DNA of 64,000 nucleotides from a virus. Taxonomy: Duplodnaviria > Heunggongvirae > Uroviricota > Caudoviricetes. Shown here one piece after another: positions 15,360-23,723 of the stretch (its first letter is position 1; every line of letters begins with the position of its first letter). Made by a program: the position numbers and the translations under genes. The stretch lies in the IMG/VR virus record IMGVR_UViG_3300045988_010208. One strand, 5' to 3'. The notes under the pieces are model-generated. The model saw only the letters and a list, made by a program, of their open reading frames with translations, had not been told where the DNA came from and ran no database searches.

Positions 15360-15395
15360 CACTTAAAAACCCTCTTAGAAGACTCTTAAGTGATG
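15360..15395. repeat. intergenic repeat module B, copy 2 (partial)
   Basis: CACTTAAAAACCCTCTTAGAAGACTCTTAAGTGATG. Confidence 0.7.
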
Positions 15396-15461
15396 CTGGT
15401 GAGTACCCGTTGGTTTATGCTGCTCAGTATACTCACCAAATTTTCTATGTCAACAACTTTT

Positions 15462-15608
15462 TATATAAAAGTCCTGATAGCTATATGTGTTACAAAACAG
15501 AAGATTGTGAACAAGACACCCATTGCAAAGGATGTGTTCAAAAGTTTACTTGTTATGTAAGACAATACAAAGACAACTAATGCAAACAGAATGATTGTGC
15601 TTAACATA
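15462..15608 (-). CDS. possible small hydrophobic (two-helix) membrane peptide, about 48 aa
   Basis: Not in the ORF track (<60 aa). My translation: MLSTIILFALVVFVLSYITSKLLNTSFAMGVLFTIFCFVTHIAIRTFI; starts a few nt after the ligase stop. No strong RBS; coordinates approximate. Confidence 0.25.
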
Positions 15609-15610
15609 GT

Positions 15611-16750
15611 TTACTCATAATCCCTAATAACTAGCCCAACAGGAAACTGTAAAGAACCCTTACGAGTCATCTTCTGGAACTGTACTGTTAAAGGTTTCCC
15701 GATAAACTCTTCAGGGTGCTCAGCAAGATACTGTTTCTTCTCATGAGTAGTCTTCCATGAAACATCTACAAAGACGTTAGGGAGAGTCTCTACAACGAAC
15801 TTACCATGACCACGTTTATCGGTCTTGACACCAGTCACTTTAAACTCTTCAGTGTGCATCTTCTTGTGCTTAATCAAGAAGTATGAACGGTGACCACACT
15901 CGTAGAAAGATTCTTCAGAGATTGAGCGGTACATTGCACCTTCAAACTTAGCTTCAACCCACTTATCATGAGCTTCATCAAACTCTTCCCAAGAGTTAAC
16001 ACGACGAGACTTAACAGGGACAACTCTACAGCCGTCTCTAAAGTCATTCAATGGTGAAGTCTCAATAATATCTCTACGCTCAGGCCAAGTCTTAGTGCTG
16101 TCACAGATATCATACCAGTAAAACTTGAGTAAATGTCGGTCAGGATTGTCTTCATTTTTAATCATGGAGACAATATCTTCTAAATCCAACCCATGAGCAT
16201 AGATTTCACCATCAAATTCATCAACGTCTTTATGGAGCCTCAACATTGCCATAATGTCAGGTATTAGTTCAGTAGGAATTTTATAAATAGTGTTCTCACG
16301 AGAATATGCTGTAAATACACTGCCAATACTTAAGTGTCTTGAAATTCTACAACGTACACCATCCAGTTTTGGTTGAGCGTCAGCAGGGAACTTCAGATAC
16401 TTTGCATGGCTAACCTTTGCAGCATCATGAGCAAGCTGTACACCTACCTTCTCAGTATTCTGTGCAGACTCTTTTGTGTAAGCATAACCTTTACGGTCAA
16501 CTTGCTTTTTATACTTAGCAGCAACTTCAAAGAGAGCTTGCTGTTCAGCGTTACGCTCATTCTTTTTACCGATGTTTTTAGGTTCTGCTGTGTACTCTTC
16601 AAACATCATCTTGCCATTTTCTTTACCGTAGGTTGTGATAACTTTATCACCTACAGCAACACATGACCAGACGTTAAAGGAGCCATCTTTATTTTGTTTG
16701 TACAGAATTGTCATTTTATTCCTCTGAGTGATACCAAGTATTGCAAGCAT
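15611..16750 (-). CDS. ATP-dependent DNA ligase
   Basis: 379-aa ORF with adenylation motif I KxDG (PKLDGVRC). True start is probably the internal Met of ..NKMTILYKQ.., which has an AGAGGA-type RBS and would remove the overlap with 16716-16907. Confidence 0.6.
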   Translation of the reverse strand: MLAILGITQRNKMTILYKQNKDGSFNVWSCVAVGDKVITTYGKENGKMMFEEYTAEPKNIGKKNERNAEQQALFEVAAKYKKQVDRKGYAYTKESAQNTEKVGVQLAHDAAKVSHAKYLKFPADAQPKLDGVRCRISRHLSIGSVFTAYSRENTIYKIPTELIPDIMAMLRLHKDVDEFDGEIYAHGLDLEDIVSMIKNEDNPDRHLLKFYWYDICDSTKTWPERRDIIETSPLNDFRDGCRVVPVKSRRVNSWEEFDEAHDKWVEAKFEGAMYRSISEESFYECGHRSYFLIKHKKMHTEEFKVTGVKTDKRGHGKFVVETLPNVFVDVSWKTTHEKKQYLAEHPEEFIGKPLTVQFQKMTRKGSLQFPVGLVIRDYE

Positions 16751-16907
16751 TACATGCGTAAAGCTCTAAGTCATTTTTATCCGGTTTATGAAAACAATTT
16801 GCTCCGCAGTGGCAACGGAATGGCTTTCCACCAACTGTTAGGGTGAATGATTGAATCTTCCCATCAGGAGTTCGTACAGCATTTTTGTGCTTGTCTTCTT
16901 TGTTCAT
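16716..16907 (-). CDS. small zinc-ribbon protein
   Basis: 63 aa; CHCGANC ... CNACN cysteine pairs. Confidence 0.4.
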   Translation of the reverse strand: MNKEDKHKNAVRTPDGKIQSFTLTVGGKPFRCHCGANCFHKPDKNDLELYACNACNTWYHSEE

Positions 16908-17209
16908 TTTCTCTTACCACCAATCTCTACGTCGATAACTTGAACATCGCCAGCAACATCAAACTTATGAATGATGCTTTCCACAGTGTAAGTCCAACCA
17001 TCAATGCGAACCAACTCGCCTTCTCGTGGGACGATTGGATTACGTTGAGCTACGGTTGTGGTGGAGTGAACAACATCATAACGATAGGTATAGTTTACTA
17101 ATACTTCCATCGTGAAAACCTCACTCAATAACCGTGGTATGTGATTGACCATTTTTTCCATAGCTATAAGATGTTGTTGTTTGAGAGTTTGGACATCTGA
17201 CAACAACAA
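16904..17209 (-). CDS. hypothetical protein
   Basis: 101-aa ORF, start overlapping neighbour stop. Confidence 0.35.
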   Translation of the reverse strand: MLLSDVQTLKQQHLIAMEKMVNHIPRLLSEVFTMEVLVNYTYRYDVVHSTTTVAQRNPIVPREGELVRIDGWTYTVESIIHKFDVAGDVQVIDVEIGGKRK

Positions 17210-17357
17210 TATCCCTACTTATAGCATCACCATGTAACTTGTATACTCTGCAATCTTGCATTTCTGGTGGGAGGCTGTAAGAAGCATTTTTATCTTCATA
17301 AGAAGGGTTGCAGCCAGATAGAAAAATAACACCAAGCGCAATTACTGCTTTCCACAT
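17121..17357 (-). CDS. small lipoprotein (mature about 60 aa)
   Basis: ORF-track ORF 17121-17381 trimmed to internal Met with AGGAGA RBS; signal peptide MWKAVIALGVIFLSGC with lipobox L-S-G-C. Confidence 0.5.
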   Translation of the reverse strand: MWKAVIALGVIFLSGCNPSYEDKNASYSLPPEMQDCRVYKLHGDAISRDIVVVRCPNSQTTTSYSYGKNGQSHTTVIE

Positions 17358-17370
17358 AACACTTCTCCTA

Positions 17371-17616
17371 TTACTGTTCACGATGTTCTACTTCTCTGTA
17401 TGTTCGTCGATAGTTTATAATAAGCTGTGCTAACTCGTTGCTTTTAACATCTGAACGTAGCAGTTGCCAGTCAAAACCTTTACCGACTCTTCCATACAAA
17501 CTAAATAATTTTACTTTGCGTTTCATTTTGGTGTCCCCCCAATACTCAGAGGTCAATACTAATACGTTCGCCCTTAAGGACTCCTGTGCGGTCTCTTGCA
17601 ATCTTACCGTCAACAA
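17371..17616 (-). CDS. hypothetical protein
   Basis: 81-aa ORF in the minus-strand block. Confidence 0.3.
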   Translation of the reverse strand: MLTVRLQETAQESLRANVLVLTSEYWGDTKMKRKVKLFSLYGRVGKGFDWQLLRSDVKSNELAQLIINYRRTYREVEHREQ

Positions 17617-17773
17617 TAAGGATGTGTGCAGTCCTTAAAGAGTCATGATTAAAACCTTTTACGAACTTGCTAGGCATGACTACAATGGACATCTCCTGAA
17701 TTAACTCTGGAGTGTAGCAGTTATCATGAAGTTGCTGAATAACGTCTGCAAGTGTCATTTTTGATGTCTCCAA
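17546..17773 (-). CDS. hypothetical protein
   Basis: 75-aa ORF; overlaps the downstream ORF in another frame. Confidence 0.3.
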   Translation of the reverse strand: METSKMTLADVIQQLHDNCYTPELIQEMSIVVMPSKFVKGFNHDSLRTAHILIVDGKIARDRTGVLKGERISIDL

Positions 17774-17964
17774 TATTCAATATCTACAAGCTCTTGTGCA
17801 ATGCTTTTCAGATTACCTTTCAAGAAAACCTTCTCAGAACCTGAAAGAGATGAATTGTCAATTAACCTGTTCATTCTCTCAAACAACTTCTGCTTACGAT
17901 TTTTGATAGTCTCCTTTGAAGCACCTTTCATCATCGCTGCATGGGTTCTTCCACGATGGCTCAT
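17755..17964 (-). CDS. hypothetical protein
   Basis: 69-aa ORF, basic N-terminus. Confidence 0.3.
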   Translation of the reverse strand: MSHRGRTHAAMMKGASKETIKNRKQKLFERMNRLIDNSSLSGSEKVFLKGNLKSIAQELVDIEYWRHQK

Positions 17965-18015
17965 AAGCCCTCCTATATAAGATATAGTATAAGGTACTCT
18001 TCCATGAGCACCTTG

Positions 18016-18531
18016 TCAACTTAGTTTTGCAAACTCTCCGTGGAGTTTAATAGCAGCTTCACAGTAAGCTTTATGGGCTTCTTCTTCTGTTGTGTATGTC
18101 CCTATATGTATAGTCTTGCCATTATGGTTAATCTGGGCTATCCACTTACCAGACTTACTTCTACTTGTGCCTTTTAAGTTTTTTGATGTTCTAGGTTGTC
18201 TCCTATTAGACATGTTCTGTTCTTTTGTGGCCTCTCTTAGATTGTCCCAAGCGTTATTCAAACCATCTCCATCTTTGTGGTCAATGTGTTTATCAGGCCA
18301 CTTGCCTGTCATCCAGAACCAAGCAATTCGGTGATTGCCTGTCCTGTATCCTAAAATCTGTGTGTGCATATACACACCAGACCTTGTGCGCTTAATTGCT
18401 CCGGCTGGGCTTCCAATAACCACCCTACTACTGTGTGGAGGTCTGCCAATCCATGTTAAGACCCCTGTTTCGGGGTCATAATCTAACCAAGATTTTAACT
18501 GTTCATGTGTGAATCCACAATCTCTCATCAA
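18016..18531 (-). CDS. HNH homing endonuclease with AP2-like DNA-binding domain
   Basis: 171 aa; HNH motif HIDHKDGDGLNNAWDNLREATKEQN; C-terminal SGKWIAQINHNGKTIHIGTYTTEEEAHKAY resembles AP2 domain; start overlaps the DNA polymerase stop; paralogue of 28096-28620. Confidence 0.8.
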   Translation of the reverse strand: MMRDCGFTHEQLKSWLDYDPETGVLTWIGRPPHSSRVVIGSPAGAIKRTRSGVYMHTQILGYRTGNHRIAWFWMTGKWPDKHIDHKDGDGLNNAWDNLREATKEQNMSNRRQPRTSKNLKGTSRSKSGKWIAQINHNGKTIHIGTYTTEEEAHKAYCEAAIKLHGEFAKLS

Positions 18532-21257
18532 TGCACCTCATACCAGCTCTTACCAACCTTACCTGTGCCAGTTACAAGCGTCTCACTCTTCAAACCTAAA
18601 TTCTTAGATGCCTGACCATACATCCAGTCAGTTATGGCTTTAACTTCTTGAGTCATACTTTCTGGGCATTCCCAACTGTTTTCATCGTGGTATGCCAGCA
18701 AAAGCCTAGCACCGATTGCTGGTTTTCGTCCATTTAATTTTGTCAATCCTTCTTCACATGCTCTTCTACAAGCAAGGTTAATTGCCTCATTTTGAATCTG
18801 AGCCTCTGAACCCATGAGCAAATAATTCAATAACTTATGTGGAGATTTACACCACAACCAAGCTCCAGCAACCTTTACAAAACCCCCTTTAGAGATTGCA
18901 GCAGTCTTACCAAACACCTCTTCAAGTGCCTTTTTAGTTGCTTTGTAGTCAGCTTCCAAGTCATCTAGCAGCTTCTTAATTTTAGGCAAACGAATAAAGT
19001 AAGTCTGTTTAGTCAGCGCACCTTCCTGAGTAGTTGCAGCTTTAATCGTCTTAGCAAACTTCTCATCACCTGCACCGAACAGCAGTGCATAGATACCATT
19101 CTTAGCTTTCTTACGACCTTTGCTAATCTCATGAAGAAGATTCTCATCCTGAGTAGCTCGACAAGTCAAGATGTCCTGCTCATCATTCAAGCTAAAGTAA
19201 ATGCTATTCAGTGTATGCGCATCAGTCCCTGAATAGACAACGTACAGGTCATTCTCAGAGTCATAGCGAAGGTACTTATCAATTTCTGGGTTGAGGTACT
19301 CATCAAAGTGTTTGCAGTAATAGCGTCCATCTTCTTGACGAATAAACTCAATCTCTTCTTTACCTTGCGTTACCGCTTTGGTGAAGTCTTTATCACCCAT
19401 AAAGTTACAAAGCAGAACTAGCTGGGCTGAGTTCATATCTACAGAGACAACGTTAGTACCTTCCTCACAAATCCACACTGCCCTCATTGGTTCCCCATAG
19501 ACAGCAGCCCCAGACGGTACGTTTACAATACCATATTGTGTCATACGTCCAGTTGAAGTACCAAACACCATTGCACCAGCACTAAGGCGACCATCAGGAC
19601 GAATCTGGTTCAACCAACCTTTTTCATCATCCTTTGAGTTCTCAATAGTTCTGCGTCGGTGCATCAAAGTATAGTACTTAGCAATCTTCTGTCCAAGCTC
19701 ACCTTCAATCGTATCATAGGATGATTCGGTAAGTTTTGGTGAAGTACGGATTAAGCAAGGCTCAAGCAAATCTGTGTATTTCTTCACAGACCAGTTATGC
19801 TCAATGTACTGGACACCTTCATGTTCAACATAACTCAAACCACACCGCTCAACCATTTCCTGCCACTTAGGATGTTTTGTAATCATCTTTTTATTGTCTT
19901 TGAAACGACAAACTTTGACAGGACGACCATCTGAGTCTTTCTTGTAGTTCCAGTCATCTGGAATCCAACCAACTGATTTCAAGTAGTCTTTAACAACTGC
20001 TACCTGAGTCATACGAGAAACTTCAAACTCAATTGGTGTATACGGTGCATCAATCAAACCTGTGTAGCGACTTGACTCAAGTTCAAAGTGGTTAACAACG
20101 TGACTGTTATAGTACTTCACAGTTTTAACTGTTTTTACTGGCTTCCAGTCTTTGCATTTCTTACCAATCTTTGCGTTCAACTCATTGCAAATTGCACGAG
20201 CATCCTTCATTGCTACAAAGCCTTCCTTGTACTCTTCACCAGTTACAGTGTTGGTTGGTGTATAGCAATTTCTCTTTTCAATGTTAAAAATCTTTGTAGT
20301 TGGCTTACCAAATGGCTTGATTTCATATGTTTGCATCTCACCATTACGTACCTGCTGACGATACTTTGTCTTAGGGTACTTGGTAATTCTTTTCAGTCCA
20401 TCTGCATGACCAAATGTTTCAACATACTCATTCCAAGCTTTTGCAAACTCTTCTCCAGTGACTTTACCTTTGGTCTTAATAGTTGGAGGAAGATGTGGTT
20501 CAACCTCTGAAGCAAGCTCATTAGTCAACTTGTCAAGTTCCTTTACATGGAACTCCATAAGCTCTTTATCAGCTTTCCAACCATTAATAGCTTGTTGACT
20601 CATCCAGAAAGATGTTTCTTTAGCTCGCATGTAGGTTTCATAAGTGTCTATACCACACTTCTTAAGCTTGAGATACTCATTATCAAGTGCCCGTTTAGTT
20701 TTGGCGTTAATACGGATATCTTCTACAACACGAGTGAAGATTTCTGCATTCCACACACCCCAATGTTCAATCTCTGGTTTACGGACACCAACACGAGCAC
20801 CCCATGCAGCCAAGCCATGAGCACCTTTATAACCCTTTGGAGTTGGTCTATCCATCCACTGAACACGAGACTGGATAAGAGAGTCCTGAAAGAAATTACT
20901 CCACGGTTTACACTTTGGATTATCAAAGTTCCATAAATCAGGTGCAATGTGATTGAAAACCCACCAGTCATAACCGAGACCATTATGGATGCAAAGACGT
21001 TTTGCCTTTAACGCAAATTCAACACCTTCACGTAAACCACCTTTGATGTACTTAGTGTACTTGTGACCGAGGATAGGCTCATCTGTAAAGACCCATACAG
21101 GTGGCTCTTCATCGTCAGATTTATAGTCTGCGAAAGCCATTACGTGAACTTTAGTGAACTCAAGGAGTAAACCATCAGTTTCTGTATCACCAACCAAGTG
21201 TAAGTTTTTAAAATCTACGTTTTCCATTTTTACTCCCTCTAAAATCATTAACCTCAT
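18528..21257 (-). CDS. DNA polymerase, family A, with 3'-5' exonuclease domain
   Basis: 909 aa; exo motif VGDTETDG; Pol A motif B RKKAKNGIYALLFGAG; motif C LAYHDENSWE. Confidence 0.9.
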   Translation of the reverse strand: MRLMILEGVKMENVDFKNLHLVGDTETDGLLLEFTKVHVMAFADYKSDDEEPPVWVFTDEPILGHKYTKYIKGGLREGVEFALKAKRLCIHNGLGYDWWVFNHIAPDLWNFDNPKCKPWSNFFQDSLIQSRVQWMDRPTPKGYKGAHGLAAWGARVGVRKPEIEHWGVWNAEIFTRVVEDIRINAKTKRALDNEYLKLKKCGIDTYETYMRAKETSFWMSQQAINGWKADKELMEFHVKELDKLTNELASEVEPHLPPTIKTKGKVTGEEFAKAWNEYVETFGHADGLKRITKYPKTKYRQQVRNGEMQTYEIKPFGKPTTKIFNIEKRNCYTPTNTVTGEEYKEGFVAMKDARAICNELNAKIGKKCKDWKPVKTVKTVKYYNSHVVNHFELESSRYTGLIDAPYTPIEFEVSRMTQVAVVKDYLKSVGWIPDDWNYKKDSDGRPVKVCRFKDNKKMITKHPKWQEMVERCGLSYVEHEGVQYIEHNWSVKKYTDLLEPCLIRTSPKLTESSYDTIEGELGQKIAKYYTLMHRRRTIENSKDDEKGWLNQIRPDGRLSAGAMVFGTSTGRMTQYGIVNVPSGAAVYGEPMRAVWICEEGTNVVSVDMNSAQLVLLCNFMGDKDFTKAVTQGKEEIEFIRQEDGRYYCKHFDEYLNPEIDKYLRYDSENDLYVVYSGTDAHTLNSIYFSLNDEQDILTCRATQDENLLHEISKGRKKAKNGIYALLFGAGDEKFAKTIKAATTQEGALTKQTYFIRLPKIKKLLDDLEADYKATKKALEEVFGKTAAISKGGFVKVAGAWLWCKSPHKLLNYLLMGSEAQIQNEAINLACRRACEEGLTKLNGRKPAIGARLLLAYHDENSWECPESMTQEVKAITDWMYGQASKNLGLKSETLVTGTGKVGKSWYEVH

Positions 21258-21423
21258 ACATTACTGCAAAAAATTATAAAAAGCAAGTTGACAATGCACT
21301 TGACAAGGTGTTAATCTTTGCGAAGTGGGTTTTTACTTAAAAGGTTACTTAACAGTTTAACTATACAGATACTTTAAAACTCTTAAAAGATTATTTAATA
21401 GCTTTTAAAAAGCTTTAAAGTAT

Positions 21424-21440
21424 AACGTATAGAATACGTT
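21424..21440. promoter_or_regulatory. palindromic candidate operator in divergent intergenic region
   Basis: AACGTAT-AGA-ATACGTT inverted repeat in the 227-bp AT-rich region between DNA polymerase (-) and 21485 (+). Confidence 0.3.
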
Positions 21441-21484
21441 AAGATAAAAGATTAAAACTTAATAGTTACTTAAAAGAGGCTTAC

Positions 21485-21907
21485 ATGCAGAAAATGTTTG
21501 TTCACCCAGACATAGCTGACTTTGTTAGAGCTTTGCAGAAGTTGGAAGAACTTGACATTGCTGCTCAACGGGAATATGTTCACCATCACAGGAGAATGGT
21601 TGATATACAACATGAAATAGAGTTATCTGAAAACTATGAAGATGACTTAAAATGCTCTGTATTTGAGCATATGAAAGATGTTGCTACAGCGAGACGTAAA
21701 GCTAAAGACACAGTTGCTTTACTAGATTCTCTTAAAAAGAGGTTGCAAAGTGGTACAGACCTGTGTAATCTAGCGTCACTGATTAACGATGTTGAAACTT
21801 CTTGGGATAGGCACTATTATCCACGTTCTGAAAAGACACTTGACTTTTCTTCATCAGAAAACTTAAAATGTTCTAGAAAGAAGCTTAACCAACTGAGAGA
21901 GAAATAA
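21485..21907 (+). CDS. hypothetical protein
   Basis: 140-aa ORF, first gene of the plus-strand block. Confidence 0.4.
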   Translation: MQKMFVHPDIADFVRALQKLEELDIAAQREYVHHHRRMVDIQHEIELSENYEDDLKCSVFEHMKDVATARRKAKDTVALLDSLKKRLQSGTDLCNLASLINDVETSWDRHYYPRSEKTLDFSSSENLKCSRKKLNQLREK

Positions 21908-21908
21908 T

Positions 21909-22709
21909 ATGAATATCGATGTAGAAAAGATGCTTGAAGAAAAAGGTATTGACGAAGCGTTCTTAATCAATGCCGTAGAAAGCATGGCTATGATTCTTCG
22001 TGGCAACAACTACACAGAACAGTTTATGCCTGCAAGTTATAACTTGCCTGAAGACAAGTCTGATAACGGTGCTTTTGCAGAACAGGTCAACATGATGCTT
22101 TGCGACAAAACACTCGCTTTAGCATCTATCGTTGTAGGTGTTGATGCTCTTGCAGAGTTCATTTTTTATGAGATGCAGAAAAATGACTATATTGCCATGA
22201 CCACTGAAGAAAAAGACTTGCTACTACTCGCAGGTAATGATGAACTAATTGACCTGTTAATTTCATCAACAAGTGCTGTTATGGCTGCTCTTGAGAAGCG
22301 TATGGAAGAGAAACTTTCACGATATGAAAAACTTGATTGGGGCGTAGAAGAACTAAACCCACGAATCAAGGAGATTATCCAGCAAACTAAAGAGTCTTTG
22401 GAAGAAGCTGTTGAAAATGACTCTGTAGCTGATATAGAACCACTTCAGGTGAAAGTTGCACTGATGATTCCAGCTATCTCTACGATGATGAATATCGTTG
22501 CACTAATCCAGCTTTCACAGATGATGGGTGTGAGTATTGAGTTCATTGAGGAGATGACTGGCGGTGTCAGTATGCAAGCAATCAATGATGTTTTGGTGAA
22601 CATTGGTGCTTCAATCATTGAAGAGAAACTGCGCATTAACTTCGGTGATGATTTTGTGAAGCAAATCTCAGCTATGGCTGAAAAAGAGTCTGCTGAGCAA
22701 CTGCACTAA
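21909..22709 (+). CDS. hypothetical acidic protein
   Basis: 266-aa ORF; followed by a terminator-like hairpin. Confidence 0.4.
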   Translation: MNIDVEKMLEEKGIDEAFLINAVESMAMILRGNNYTEQFMPASYNLPEDKSDNGAFAEQVNMMLCDKTLALASIVVGVDALAEFIFYEMQKNDYIAMTTEEKDLLLLAGNDELIDLLISSTSAVMAALEKRMEEKLSRYEKLDWGVEELNPRIKEIIQQTKESLEEAVENDSVADIEPLQVKVALMIPAISTMMNIVALIQLSQMMGVSIEFIEEMTGGVSMQAINDVLVNIGASIIEEKLRINFGDDFVKQISAMAEKESAEQLH

Positions 22710-22727
22710 GCCTTTATAAATCTTACA

Positions 22728-22753
22728 AGCCTCCTTAGTTGGGGGCTTTTTAG
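22728..22753 (+). terminator. intrinsic terminator
   Basis: AGCCUCC-UUAGUU-GGGGGCU hairpin (one G-U pair) followed by UUUUU. Confidence 0.55.
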
Positions 22754-22770
22754 TAATTAATGGAGATAAA

Positions 22771-23514
22771 ATGAGTAAAATCATCGCATTTACTGGAAAG
22801 GCACGTTCTGGAAAAGACACCTCATGTTCTATTGTGAAGAACATCTTAGAAGATGAGTACGGCTACAATGTTGAAGTAATGGCCTTTGCAGACAACCTTA
22901 AACTATCTGCATCAAAGATATTTGACTTGACTTGGAATGACCTGTACGGTGAAACTAAAGAGACTCCACAGGTTTTTGACTTATCATATCCTGAACTGAT
23001 GTCAAAAGTTACGGAAGCTATGGAGTTCACCTTCAGAGATGAACGTTACCATATGGACTTCAAGCTTATGTCAGAGTTAACCGGACGACTAATCATGGAG
23101 CTTAAGAAGGTTGCTAAACCGACTCTATTGACACGTCTGGGGTTTAGCAAAAAGTATAAATTCTCATCAAGACAAATTCAACAGATTTGGGGTACTGAAG
23201 TTGTCCGTAAAGTAATGGGCGACAAGTTCTGGTCTAAAGACCTTGAAAAAAGAATGGTTATATTCCATGAAATGTGCTCACTTAGAAATCAATATGGTTT
23301 TGTCTTAATCAGTGATTTAAGATTTGACTCTGAAGCTGAATGGCTGAGTAGATTTGCACACCAAACTATTGAAGTAAAAAGAGACAATGTGGACAAAGTT
23401 TCATCACATGTTTCAGAAAATGGGATTTCTACAAAATATGAGCGTGACATTATTCATAATAATGGTACTCTTGCAGACCTTGAGAACAAGCTAAGAGCCA
23501 TCATTAAAGTTTAA
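22771..23514 (+). CDS. deoxynucleoside monophosphate kinase
   Basis: 247 aa; N-terminal P-loop IIAFTGKARSGKDT matches the T4 gp1 dNMP kinase N-terminus pattern. Confidence 0.7.
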   Translation: MSKIIAFTGKARSGKDTSCSIVKNILEDEYGYNVEVMAFADNLKLSASKIFDLTWNDLYGETKETPQVFDLSYPELMSKVTEAMEFTFRDERYHMDFKLMSELTGRLIMELKKVAKPTLLTRLGFSKKYKFSSRQIQQIWGTEVVRKVMGDKFWSKDLEKRMVIFHEMCSLRNQYGFVLISDLRFDSEAEWLSRFAHQTIEVKRDNVDKVSSHVSENGISTKYERDIIHNNGTLADLENKLRAIIKV

Positions 23515-23522
23515 AAGAGAGA

Positions 23523-23723
23523 ATGAAGATGAGAGTAAAAGACAATTTTAAAGTTATTGACCACCGTTTAGTGGAACTCTCATCTCTTTCCAATGAGGTA
23601 ATGATTGAACGTCTTAAGAGAGTTGAATCACGAAGGAAAGAGATTGCAGATGAAATTCATGAACTGGACAAGATTGAAAATGGATTAAAAGCAGAACTAC
23701 AACGAAGAGGTGCTAATGTCTAA
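23523..23723 (+). CDS. small coiled-coil protein
   Basis: 66-aa ORF, charged and helical. Confidence 0.35.
   Translation: MKMRVKDNFKVIDHRLVELSSLSNEVMIERLKRVESRRKEIADEIHELDKIENGLKAELQRRGANV

Noticed and set aside
16716-16750. Apparent single-base frame inconsistency near 16740 and 15611 when I hand-translated the ligase region
   Set aside because: Most likely my own miscounting of a T-run; the ORF track, computed from the sequence, gives continuous frames, so I did not call a frameshift or pseudogene.
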